Positions 17,642-25,698 of a stretch of DNA of 58,294 nucleotides are shown here, in pieces. Source of the DNA: Alphaproteobacteria bacterium HGW-Alphaproteobacteria-11 (lineage in GTDB: Bacteria > Pseudomonadota > Alphaproteobacteria > Parvibaculales > Parvibaculaceae); the NCBI GenBank assembly GCA_002841195.1, contig PHEO01000001.1:1-58294 (forward strand), written 5' to 3'. Position 1 is the stretch's first letter, and every line of letters starts with the position of its first letter. The position numbers and the translations under genes were made by a program. Below the pieces are notes generated by a model. That model saw nothing but the letters and a program-made list of their open reading frames with translations. It ran no database searches and had not been told where the DNA came from.

Positions 17642-19492
17642 TCAGAAATTCGCCGCGTCGAGCGCCATGTAGCCGTCGGCGCCTTGTTTGGCGCGTTCGA
17701 GCCAGCTTGCGGTCATCGGGATTTCGCGTTCCATCCAGTAGCGCGCCAGCACCAGCTTGCGCTCGTAAAACTCCTTGTTGCCTTCGCCGGCTTTCAGTTT
17801 CGTGAGCGCGATCTTCGCCATCTGCGCCCACATCCACCCCAGCGCCACGGTGCCGAAAATGTTCAGCATGTCGTAGGAGGCCGCGCCCGCATTGTCGTAA
17901 TTCTTCGGCGCGTTTTCCATCAGCCAGCCGGCCGCTTCGCCGAGGCGCTTGTAGCCCGCCTGCAACGGTTCGATGTAAGGCTTCATATCGGCGTCGCCCT
18001 CGTTCGCCTTGATGAATTCCTCGACCTTGGCAAAGAAGGTCATCGTCGCGCGGCCGCCCTTGGCCGTCATCTTGCGGCCGACGAGATCGAGCGCCTGGAT
18101 GCCGTTGGCGCCTTCATAGACCTGGTTGATGCGCGCATCGCGCACGAACTGTTCCATGCCGTGGTCGCGCACATAGCCGTGCCCGCCGAAGACCTGCATC
18201 GAATCGTTCGCCGCCTGAAAGCCGCGGTCGGTGAAGAAGGCCTTGATCACCGGCGTCATCAGCTGCGCGAGGTCGGCCGCCTCCTCGCGTTCCTTGTCGT
18301 CCTTGCCGAAGACCTGCAGCGTGAACAGCATCGACACATACATCGCCAGCGCGCGCGCGCCCTCGACGAACGAGCGCGACGAAATCAGGAGCCGCCGCAC
18401 ATCCGGGAACACCATGATGGGGTCGGCCGGCCCGTCCGGGTTTTTCGCGCCGGTCAGCGCGCGGCCGGCGAGGCGCTCGTTCGCATAGGCGACGCCGTTC
18501 TGATAGGCCACTTCGCCGATCGCGATGCCCTGAATGCCGACGCCCATGCGCGCGCCGTTCATCATGCCGAACATGCCGGCCATGCCGGCCGATTTCGACT
18601 TCTTGACTTCGCCGGTTTCGGTTTTCTTTTCCGGCGGCCGTCCGCCGAGGCGGTAGGCGACCGCGTCGTCGAAATTCAGCACCGCGGTCGCGTTGCCCTT
18701 GATGCCCATTTTCTTTTCGATCGAGCCGCAGCTCACGCCGTTGCGGCCCTTGATTTCGCCGGTCTCCTTGTCGACCAGCATTTTCGGCACCATGAAGAAA
18801 TTCACCGTCGACAGGTCGTTGGCGAGCTTGCCGTCCTCGCCCGGAATTTTCGCGATCACCATATGGATGATGTTGTCGGTCATGTCGTGGTCGCCACCGG
18901 AAATGAAAATCTTGGTGCCGGTGATGCGGTAGGTGCCGTCTTCCTGTTCCACGGCCCTGGTCTTCATCAGCTTCAGGTCGGTGCCGCAATGCGGCTCCGT
19001 CAGGCACATGGTGCCGGTCCATTCGCCGGAAATCATTTTCTTCGCCACATGCTCGCGCATCCATGGCTCGCCCGTCGCCCAGAGTGCGGAATAGGCCGCC
19101 GTCGTCAGGCCCGGATACATCGCGAAGGCCTGGTTCGCCGACATGCCCATTTCGGTGATCGCGAAAGTCACGACCGAAGGCAGCGCCGCGCCGCCCGCTT
19201 CCTCCGGCGCGCCGAGGCGGTTCCAGCCATCGGCGCAGAATTTCTCGAAGGCCTCTTTAAATCCGGGCGGCGTGCGCACGACGCCGTTTTCGAGCACGCA
19301 ACCATGCTCGTCGCCCACCTGGTTCAGCGGCTGCAGAACCTCCTCGCAAAACTTCGCCCCGCCTTCGAGGATCGCGCCCGTCATGTCGGGCGTCAGGTCC
19401 CCGAAGCCCGGCACATCGGTCCGCTTGTCGATGCCAAGCAGCTCGTGAAACAGAAACAGGAAATCTTCCACAGGGGCCTTGTAACTCGGCAT
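17642..19492 (-). CDS. Acyl-CoA dehydrogenase (long form with C-terminal domain, DmdC-like)
   Basis: GTMCLTEPHCGTDL, GTKIFIS, KKMGIKGN, QVFGGHGY, VYEGANGIQALDL. Confidence 0.93.
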   Translation of the reverse strand: MPSYKAPVEDFLFLFHELLGIDKRTDVPGFGDLTPDMTGAILEGGAKFCEEVLQPLNQVGDEHGCVLENGVVRTPPGFKEAFEKFCADGWNRLGAPEEAGGAALPSVVTFAITEMGMSANQAFAMYPGLTTAAYSALWATGEPWMREHVAKKMISGEWTGTMCLTEPHCGTDLKLMKTRAVEQEDGTYRITGTKIFISGGDHDMTDNIIHMVIAKIPGEDGKLANDLSTVNFFMVPKMLVDKETGEIKGRNGVSCGSIEKKMGIKGNATAVLNFDDAVAYRLGGRPPEKKTETGEVKKSKSAGMAGMFGMMNGARMGVGIQGIAIGEVAYQNGVAYANERLAGRALTGAKNPDGPADPIMVFPDVRRLLISSRSFVEGARALAMYVSMLFTLQVFGKDDKEREEAADLAQLMTPVIKAFFTDRGFQAANDSMQVFGGHGYVRDHGMEQFVRDARINQVYEGANGIQALDLVGRKMTAKGGRATMTFFAKVEEFIKANEGDADMKPYIEPLQAGYKRLGEAAGWLMENAPKNYDNAGAASYDMLNIFGTVALGWMWAQMAKIALTKLKAGEGNKEFYERKLVLARYWMEREIPMTASWLERAKQGADGYMALDAANF

Positions 19493-19690
19493 CGGGGGCT
19501 CCTCGCTTTCAGGATTGTCAGTAGGCGCGGCGGAATATGGCCGAGCCTAATCCATTTGTCGAGCATGACGCGAGGGGAAGCGGCGTGCATGCACACGCAT
19601 CTTCATACGCGACGAAAACGCGCGCGGATTTGCTGAGGCGAGGCGCGGAGTGCGACTCCGCACCTTCACTGCCTTCTCGTTCTTCCCGTC

Positions 19691-19729
19691 ACCGTCATGG
19701 CCCGATTTATTCGGGCCATCCACGTCTTT
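19691..19729 (+). repeat. CGTC-tagged REP-like palindrome, left boundary of the GIY-YIG unit
   Basis: ACCGTC-ATGGCCCG-ATTTATT-CGGGCCAT-CCACGTCTTT. Confidence 0.9.
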
Positions 19730-19768
19730 CGTATGGCGCATACGATGTCGTGAGCGCAGAATTTCTCC

Positions 19769-20059
19769 ATGAAGGGCGGCTGGGTCTACATCCTCACGAA
19801 CAAGCGTGACGGTACGCTCTATGTCGGCGTCACCTCCGATATCGGCCGCCGCGCATGGGAACATCGTGACGGCATCTATACCGGATTCACAAAACGCTAT
19901 GGCCTCAAGCGCCTCGTCTACATGGAGCGGCATGAGGAGATCGAAAGCGCGATAGCCCGCGAAACGCGCATCAAGAAATGGCCGCGCGCCTGGAAAGTGC
20001 GTCTCATCCACGCATCCAATCCCGATTGGAGCGACCTCTACGAAACACTCAACCACTAA
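19769..20059 (+). CDS. Small GIY-YIG nuclease family protein
   Basis: WVYIL...LYVGVT, RRAWEH, FTKRY, AIARETRIKKWPRAWK, NPDWSDL. Confidence 0.93.
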   Translation: MKGGWVYILTNKRDGTLYVGVTSDIGRRAWEHRDGIYTGFTKRYGLKRLVYMERHEEIESAIARETRIKKWPRAWKVRLIHASNPDWSDLYETLNH

Positions 20060-20096
20060 AGACGTGGATGGCCCGGACAAGCCGGGCCATGACGGT
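20058..20096 (-). repeat. CGTC-tagged REP-like palindrome, right boundary (inverted); overlaps the GIY-YIG stop codon
   Basis: AAAGACGTGG-ATGGCCCGG-ACAAG-CCGGGCCAT-GACGGT is the reverse complement of 19691-19729 except in the loop. Confidence 0.9.
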
Positions 20097-20128
20097 TTTG
20101 GGTTGTGGGACGCAGCCACTCCCCACCT

Positions 20129-20160
20129 CGTCATTGCCGGGCTCCGACCCGGCAATCCAG
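20129..20160 (+). repeat. CGTC-tagged REP-like palindrome (variant)
   Basis: CGTC-ATTGCCGGG-CTCCGA-CCCGGCAAT-CCAG. Confidence 0.85.
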
Positions 20161-20236
20161 AAGCCGCCGTGAGGCGGGGTCTCTCTTCACAAAAACTCTT
20201 CCGCAAATCCGCGCCCCAACGCATAAAGAAGAATCT

Positions 20237-20279
20237 CACGCGAAGACGCGAAGACCACGAAGACGCAAAGAACGCGAAG
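20237..20279 (+). repeat. Degenerate tandem of 8-10 bp CGCGAAGA units, same family as 17293
   Basis: CACGCGAAGACGCGAAGACCACGAAGACGCAAAGAACGCGAAG. Confidence 0.75.
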
Positions 20280-20341
20280 CCTCGCGGACGTGGCTGCGCC
20301 ACACACATGCAACGTGCTGCTTCCCCAAGCCCCACCCAAGA

Positions 20342-20377
20342 CGTCATGGCCCGCGAAGGCGGGCCATCCACGTCTTT
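20342..20377 (+). repeat. CGTC-tagged REP-like palindrome, left boundary of the kinase/HTH cargo
   Basis: CGTC-ATGGCCCGC-GAAG-GCGGGCCAT-CCACGTCTTT. Confidence 0.9.
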
Positions 20378-20392
20378 CTTCGTCTTACCTTT

Positions 20393-20422
20393 CGTCATTG
20401 CGAGCGAAGCGAAGCAATCCAG
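20393..20422 (+). repeat. CGTC-tagged REP-like element (variant)
   Basis: CGTC-ATTGC-GAGCGAAGCGAA-GCAAT-CCAG. Confidence 0.8.
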
Positions 20423-20462
20423 AAGGTAGAAAAAGGGGGCGGGAGTCGAAGGGGATATCTTT

Positions 20463-21929
20463 TCACGCTGGCCATACTCGGATGGGCATGTTGCTGGGCC
20501 GCTTGAGCTCTCCAATCATTGCCTTTGCCACTAAAGCTATCCAACGCTCCAAGAAATTTTCTTCATCTTCACCGTCAATAGCGAATGGGCCATACGCAAT
20601 ATTTACATTGTGCATGACGTTGCTGATCGCGTAGTGAAAGTCTGAACTATGCGCTGCTATGGCGCATGGTTCATCTGCACCGTTGCCCCCGAGCCGCCAG
20701 AACGCGATTTCGTACCACCGAAAGCCGTGTCCGTCGTTTCTGTCAGCAAATGCAAACGATGCCGACCACCTGTATCTTTGTGCATCGTTTCTGCAAGTAA
20801 GGTTCACAAAAGACCAAGCGACAATGTTCCAGCTGTGCACGCCGGGGGATTGTCCCACACTTTCTGTAAGCTCTTCGACGATGTAGGAAAATTCTAAGGT
20901 CGCACGGCCAACGACCAGGCATTCTCCCTGAATTTTTGCACTCTCGGATGCAGAACATATCTTGTCGAAGAGACGGACTCGGATGCTCTCTAACTCCGTC
21001 TTTGCAGCAGAATAGATTTCTGCCCTTTCCCTTCGGCGGGATTCTTCTTCTTGTCTTTTTGCCTCTACTGCCGCTTCCTCTGTCGCGACCATTTTGGCGG
21101 CTTCGACAAATGTAGTCATCGCCGCGGAAGTAAGTTTCACCTCCAGAGGAATGTCTGTTAGAACCTGCTTGCAGCGGAGGAGAGTTGGTCGAGCTGCGGG
21201 TATCTTTCTGAGCATCTGACTAGTGAACGCCGATATTCTCGGCGGTAGCGCTGCCAAACTCGTCGGCATAGCGTGCAAATGGCTGCTCCGAATGTCGTCC
21301 GAGTTTGCGAACGGCGGAGATCCTGTAACTAGCGTATGTATTATGCATCCCACGGCATAAACATCAGTAGCCGATGATGCGCGTTCCCCGGTCCATTGCT
21401 CCGGGGCAGCGTAGGCTGGGGTAAGAGAATCGCGAACTGTCTGGAGAGACGTAGAGTCCTCCATAAACTTCGCAATTCCAAAATCTGCGATCTTCCAAAC
21501 ACCGCTATGAAGCAAGACGTTTGAGGGTTTGAGGTCACGATGCGTTATGTCTGAAACTTCCTCTAAGCCACAAATTATGGCTTTGAGCGACGTCTTAAAC
21601 AATTCGATGTCAAATGCACCCTTGAGATCATTGATCTTGTCCTGCAAACTACAATCGCACACGGGCATAATAAGAAAATATCTGTCGGATTCAGCGTCCT
21701 GCCCGGCGTCAAGAATTGGAACAACATATGACAGATTGCGTGCCGCTAGCTGTTGTCCAATTGCCAACTCTCGATGTGCTGCGCTTGCTGCGGAGATCAG
21801 TAAACGCTTGACTGCCACTTCCCCGTCAGGGCCAGCCCCGAGGAACACCTCCCCAAAACCACCAGCTGGTCCAAGTCGGCGGTTCTCATCAAATCTCCAT
21901 TCACCGTTAGGTAGCTTGATTGTTTGCAT
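20463..21929 (-). CDS. Hanks-type Ser/Thr protein kinase with uncharacterised C-terminal domain
   Basis: GPAGGFGEV, VAVK, HRDLKPSN, DFG, YAAPEQ, DVYAVG; charged helix then about 150-aa unknown domain; AT-richer than host; frame is also open upstream of 21929. Confidence 0.92.
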   Translation of the reverse strand: MQTIKLPNGEWRFDENRRLGPAGGFGEVFLGAGPDGEVAVKRLLISAASAAHRELAIGQQLAARNLSYVVPILDAGQDAESDRYFLIMPVCDCSLQDKINDLKGAFDIELFKTSLKAIICGLEEVSDITHRDLKPSNVLLHSGVWKIADFGIAKFMEDSTSLQTVRDSLTPAYAAPEQWTGERASSATDVYAVGCIIHTLVTGSPPFANSDDIRSSHLHAMPTSLAALPPRISAFTSQMLRKIPAARPTLLRCKQVLTDIPLEVKLTSAAMTTFVEAAKMVATEEAAVEAKRQEEESRRRERAEIYSAAKTELESIRVRLFDKICSASESAKIQGECLVVGRATLEFSYIVEELTESVGQSPGVHSWNIVAWSFVNLTCRNDAQRYRWSASFAFADRNDGHGFRWYEIAFWRLGGNGADEPCAIAAHSSDFHYAISNVMHNVNIAYGPFAIDGEDEENFLERWIALVAKAMIGELKRPSNMPIRVWPA

Positions 21930-21973
21930 TGAATCTGTGACTCTTTCTCCGTCGCCATGAGTGCTGCCGCCCA

Positions 21974-22236
21974 TCACGTCGCCTTCCCTCCCTTCATCTC
22001 GACCCGCAAGCCGCGTCAGCATGTCGAGGCGGAAATTCTCGATGCGGCCTTTCAGCAAATCGCTGAGGCGTGGTTGCGAGATGCCGAGGCGCTTGGCGGC
22101 TTCGGCCTTGCGTCATTTTCCACGAAGCGACGCGGTCGCGCAGCGTAATGGCGAGGTCGGCGCGCAGGCGTATCGTTGCCGATTCCGCCTCGTCTTTTGC
22201 AATCGCCTGCCAGATGTCGGGTATGGGCTTCACCAT
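21974..22236 (-). pseudogene. Frameshifted XRE/HigA-like HTH regulator
   Basis: MVKPIPDIW...WKMTQ, then an extra base near 22107, then AEAAKRLGISQPRLSDLLKGRIENFRLDML; a likely original tail VEMKGGKAT* lies in another frame. Confidence 0.75.
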
Positions 22237-22270
22237 GTTTCCCAAGACTCGTTTTTTCAGCATACACCGT

Positions 22271-22307
22271 AAAGACGTGGATGGCCCGCATGAAGCGGGC
22301 CATGACG
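22271..22307 (-). repeat. CGTC-tagged REP-like palindrome, right boundary (inverted) of the kinase/HTH cargo
   Basis: AAAGACGTGG-ATGGCCCGC-ATGAA-GCGGGCCAT-GACG is the reverse complement of 20342-20377 except in the loop. Confidence 0.9.
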
Positions 22308-22424
22308 ACAAGGTGGGGTTTGCCGGCAAAGGCTTTCTCCTACGCGCCTTCCTCCTTCGCTGCCTCGCGGCTACGGAGGACAGGCCGCGCCTCCGTGTGC
22401 AAAACCTTTCTACCCCTGACCCCC

Positions 22425-22892
22425 TCACCGCGGCAGCGGCGCGAGTGTAAACGCCGCCGTCTCGCCCCGCGCCCTTTGCGACCACGCCGTCCACAGGTCC
22501 TGCAGCGGGTCCTCGATGGCGCCGGCGCGGGCGATCACGTCGCGGGCGCGGGCGCGCTCGGGCGTCAGGACGCTTCCCTTCGCGCCGATGCGGTCGCGCT
22601 GCGCGGCGGCGGTCATCAGCCTGCGGAGCATGTCGAGGCGCTGGCCGAGGTCGTCCCGCCGCGCCGCCGCGCCCCTTCGGGCCGCCTCGTGCGGCTCCTC
22701 CGCCCCGAGCGCCGCTTCGGCGTCCGCCATCGCCGCCCTGGTGCCGTCGATGAAGGTCAGCGCCTCGCGGTATTCGCCCTCGCTCATCACCAGCCGCGCG
22801 GCGGCGGCGGGCTTTATCCCCGGTCCGGCGGAATCCGGGGCGGGAAGAAGAAAAAGCGCCGTCAGAAGGCAAAAAAGATGTCCCCGCCGCAT
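22425..22892 (-). CDS. Hypothetical secreted helical protein
   Basis: SD GAGGGGGA before ATG; N-terminal MRRGHLFCLLTALFLLPAPDSA looks like a signal peptide. Confidence 0.65.
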   Translation of the reverse strand: MRRGHLFCLLTALFLLPAPDSAGPGIKPAAAARLVMSEGEYREALTFIDGTRAAMADAEAALGAEEPHEAARRGAAARRDDLGQRLDMLRRLMTAAAQRDRIGAKGSVLTPERARARDVIARAGAIEDPLQDLWTAWSQRARGETAAFTLAPLPR

Positions 22893-23013
22893 TTGCCGTC
22901 CCCCTCGGTTTCGCGCCCCTCCGCCGAATCGCCCTGCCGTGCGGTCTGCGCCCGGGGATACCTCGACTTATCCCGCAGCTTATCCCCGCCCGAAACGTCC
23001 CCCAAAACCGATT

Positions 23014-23042
23014 GTGACAGTTTTTTGACAGTTCGATGACAG
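23014..23042 (-). promoter_or_regulatory. Triple PHO box (PhoB-binding site)
   Basis: Minus strand CTGTCAT-cgaa-CTGTCAA-aaaa-CTGTCAC, exact 11-bp period. Confidence 0.8.
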
Positions 23043-23170
23043 TCGGGCCTTCGTGGTTCACGGGTGAACAGGGGGCGGCCCGTTCGCGAACCGCAATTGG
23101 TCCTCGCGGGCGGGCCCCGGTCGCTTAAGATGCGCGCATTCGCCATGCCCCGATCCTGGAGTTTTTGCCC

Positions 23171-23605
23171 ATGACCGACCTCCCGCCCGCGCCCGCCGCA
23201 CTTGCGATCGACGAGGCCATTGACGGCCTCAACGCCTCTCTCGGTATCGTCCGTACACTGTATATGGACGCCGAAAAGGGCCGCGCCGCGCTTGAATGCA
23301 AAGCCGAGATGCGCATGTGCCATTCGGGCGGCGTGGTGCAGGGCGGTTTCGTCACCGGCTGGATCGACGCGGCGATGGCGCGCGCCGTGATGGCGGCCAC
23401 GGATTTCGCGGTGCTGCCGATGTCGCTTGAAATCAAGATCAGCTTCTTCCGCCCCGCCGCGCCCGGCCTTCACATCGCCGAAGCCTGGATCGAGCGGCGC
23501 GGCCGCTCCACCGCCTTTGTCGAAGGCGAGTTGCGCGATGCGGCGGGCGAAGTGCTGGCGAAAGGAACGTCAACCATTCGCCTGCTGCCGCGCCCTGCGT
23601 CCTGA
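23171..23605 (+). CDS. PaaI family (hotdog) thioesterase
   Basis: HSGGVVQGGFVTGWIDAAM, SLEIKISFFRP, RGRS. Confidence 0.9.
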   Translation: MTDLPPAPAALAIDEAIDGLNASLGIVRTLYMDAEKGRAALECKAEMRMCHSGGVVQGGFVTGWIDAAMARAVMAATDFAVLPMSLEIKISFFRPAAPGLHIAEAWIERRGRSTAFVEGELRDAAGEVLAKGTSTIRLLPRPAS

Positions 23606-23791
23606 TCGTCCGTTCACGTCGTTTCCATAAGGCTGGCGTTTTTTCCATATAACGCCGGAAATGTTGCGCGCGAGTCACAATCGATGAAAACCGGCAACAC
23701 GCATCGCCGGTTTTTCTTGAGCGGCGCGTGGACCGGGCCGATCATGCGCGCCGGGGCTTTGGGGCACAGGTTGCAACGAAGCGAGGTATCC

Positions 23792-24295
23792 ATGAAATCG
23801 ATCGTCAAAACTTTCTGCGCGGCGTCCGTCTGCGCCGCCGCGCTCGGCCTCGCGGCCGGCGGTGCGCAAGCGCAAGGCGCCGTGCCGGGCGGGCCTTATG
23901 TCGGCGGCGGTCTCGGCTGGAACTGGACCGACCGGAACGACGACTGGAGCTGGAAAGGTCTTGCGGGCTGGCGTCTCAACGAATATCTCGCCGCGCAGGT
24001 TTTCTACGCCGATCTCGGCGATCACGGCGCGCCCGGCGTGATCGGCAAACGCAGCATCGATACCTATGGCGGCGAGCTTCTGCTCTCCTTCCCGGTCGCA
24101 ACCGACGTGTCGATCTATGGCAAGGGCGGCGTGCATCGCTACGAGATCAACACCCGCAACACAAGCTGGCTCGCCGGCGGCGGCGCGGAGTTTGCGTTGC
24201 GCGACGGCTGGTCGCTGCGCACCGAGTGGACGCATTACGATCTCGATCCGATCGACAGCGACGACTTCACGCTGCAGGTCGTCTACGGATTCTGA
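23792..24295 (+). CDS. Small outer-membrane beta-barrel protein (OmpA-like TM domain)
   Basis: Signal peptide ending AQA, PYVGGGLG, alternating beta strands, C-terminal YGF. Confidence 0.85.
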   Translation: MKSIVKTFCAASVCAAALGLAAGGAQAQGAVPGGPYVGGGLGWNWTDRNDDWSWKGLAGWRLNEYLAAQVFYADLGDHGAPGVIGKRSIDTYGGELLLSFPVATDVSIYGKGGVHRYEINTRNTSWLAGGGAEFALRDGWSLRTEWTHYDLDPIDSDDFTLQVVYGF

Positions 24296-24319
24296 CGCCG
24301 GCGTTTGCGGGGGAGAAGG

Positions 24320-24350
24320 GCCGTTCCGCTTCGGCGGGGCGGCTTTTCTT
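24320..24350 (+). terminator. Intrinsic terminator between convergent genes
   Basis: GCCGTTCCGC-TTCG-GCGGGGCGGC-TTTTCTT. Confidence 0.75.
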
Positions 24351-24356
24351 TCGCCC

Positions 24357-25166
24357 TCAACTGTCGGTGTATTCCGGGCGGCGCTTGCCGAGAAAGGCGC
24401 CGATGCCTTCGCGGAAATCGTTGGTCTGTGCGCAGAGGATCTGGTTGCGGTCCTCCATTGCGACCGCGGCTTCCAGGCTGCCGGCATCGACCGACATGTT
24501 GAGGCATTCCTTGGTCAGGCGCAGCCCCAGCGGCGATGTCGTCAGCATTTCCTCGATGTAAGGCGCGGCGGCGTCGGCGAGCTTCTCGTCCGGCACCACT
24601 TCCGAGACGAGGCCGACGCGTTCGGCGCGCGCCGCATTGATGAAGCGGCCGGTCATCATCAGTTCGGAGGCCACCGACACGCCGACAAGGCGCGGCAGGA
24701 AATAGCTGACGCCGATGTCGCAGGCCGACAGGCCGATGCGGATGAAGGCGGCGTTCATGCGCGCCGTCTCGCCGGCGATGCGGATGTCGGAGGCGAGCGC
24801 CAGTGCGAAGCCTCCGCCGCAGGCCGGCCCATGCACCAGCGAGATAATCGGTTGCGGGCAGCGGCGCATGCGCATCACGATTTCGCTGATGCGGCGCTGC
24901 GCGACGAGGCCCGCCTGAGGGCTTCCGCTGGCGGCGTCGTCCGGGCGGTTCGCGCGCTCCTTGAGGTCGAGCCCGGCGCAGAAGGCGCGGCCGGCGCCAC
25001 GGAGCACGACGACGCGCACCGAATGATCCGTGTAAAGACGCCCGAAATAGTCCTGCAGCTCGTCGACAAGCGCCCGGTTCATCGCGTTCAGCGCGTCGGG
25101 CCGGTTCATCGTCACCCAGTCGACGCCGTCCTTCTTCTCGACGATCAGCGTTTTGTATCCGGTCAT
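24357..25166 (-). CDS. Enoyl-CoA hydratase/isomerase
   Basis: NRPDALNA, AFCAGLDL, GPACGGG, DIRIA, FLGKR. Confidence 0.93.
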   Translation of the reverse strand: MTGYKTLIVEKKDGVDWVTMNRPDALNAMNRALVDELQDYFGRLYTDHSVRVVVLRGAGRAFCAGLDLKERANRPDDAASGSPQAGLVAQRRISEIVMRMRRCPQPIISLVHGPACGGGFALALASDIRIAGETARMNAAFIRIGLSACDIGVSYFLPRLVGVSVASELMMTGRFINAARAERVGLVSEVVPDEKLADAAAPYIEEMLTTSPLGLRLTKECLNMSVDAGSLEAAVAMEDRNQILCAQTNDFREGIGAFLGKRRPEYTDS

Positions 25167-25261
25167 GTTGAGGCTCCTCGCACGGGTTTCGTTTCGGAAA
25201 GCCTATACGGGCGGGTGCCGCGCGCAACTGACGCAAGGGCGCGCAACCGGTTTCGACGCGC

Positions 25262-25603
25262 TCAGCCGATCAGCGCTTCCATTTCCTGCTGGATCGCCAG
25301 CGGCAGGTCGAGCCAGCGCAGCGCCAGCACGCCGCCCGCCTCGATGCGCATCGTCTCGGCGGTGAAGGGAAGCCGGCGCTTGTCGCCCGCCCAGTGCAGA
25401 TGGCCGCTCAGGATATCGCCCACCTTCGCCTCGCCGGCGAAGCCCTCGATGCTGGCGCCGCCGGCCGACCAGTCGCGCGTCTTGTGCGCGTAGCCGCCGA
25501 TCTCGACAATCAGCAGCGGCGCATTCATGCGCGCGGCAAGGCGCATCTCCGGCCCGTCGGAGCCGCCGCGCAAATGATCGAGCAATCGTGAGAATAGGGA
25601 CAT
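25262..25603 (-). CDS. PilZ-like domain protein
   Basis: RLAAR (RxxxR) and DWSAGG (DxSxxG) motifs. Confidence 0.65.
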   Translation of the reverse strand: MSLFSRLLDHLRGGSDGPEMRLAARMNAPLLIVEIGGYAHKTRDWSAGGASIEGFAGEAKVGDILSGHLHWAGDKRRLPFTAETMRIEAGGVLALRWLDLPLAIQQEMEALIG

Positions 25604-25698
25604 TGAAGGTCGTCCGCCGCCGGTTCGCCGTTATTCTGGGCGTGTGTGGTCTCGTTGGCAACCCGGGTGGCGGGATCGTCCACCACCATGGAAGAAGC

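Noticed and set aside
17291-19636. 781-aa plus-strand ORF and other long antisense ORFs (6552-8228, 7942-9474, 40360-42237, 43502-45100, 50468-52165)
   Set aside because: Antisense shadows of well-supported genes, expected from high-GC codon bias; no recognisable motifs.
19691-20422. Possible CRISPR array
   Set aside because: Repeats differ in sequence, orientation and spacing, and no cas genes are present; they are REP-like palindromes.
19547-20515. 322-aa minus-strand ORF and the 20064-20634 plus-strand ORFs
   Set aside because: These are translations of REP and 9-mer repeats (e.g. DCFASLAMT, DGPPSRAMT) and partly antisense to the GIY-YIG gene.
19680-22320. Target-site duplications around the REP-bounded units
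   Set aside because: No convincing direct repeats flank either pair; a shared CAAG is too short and offset.
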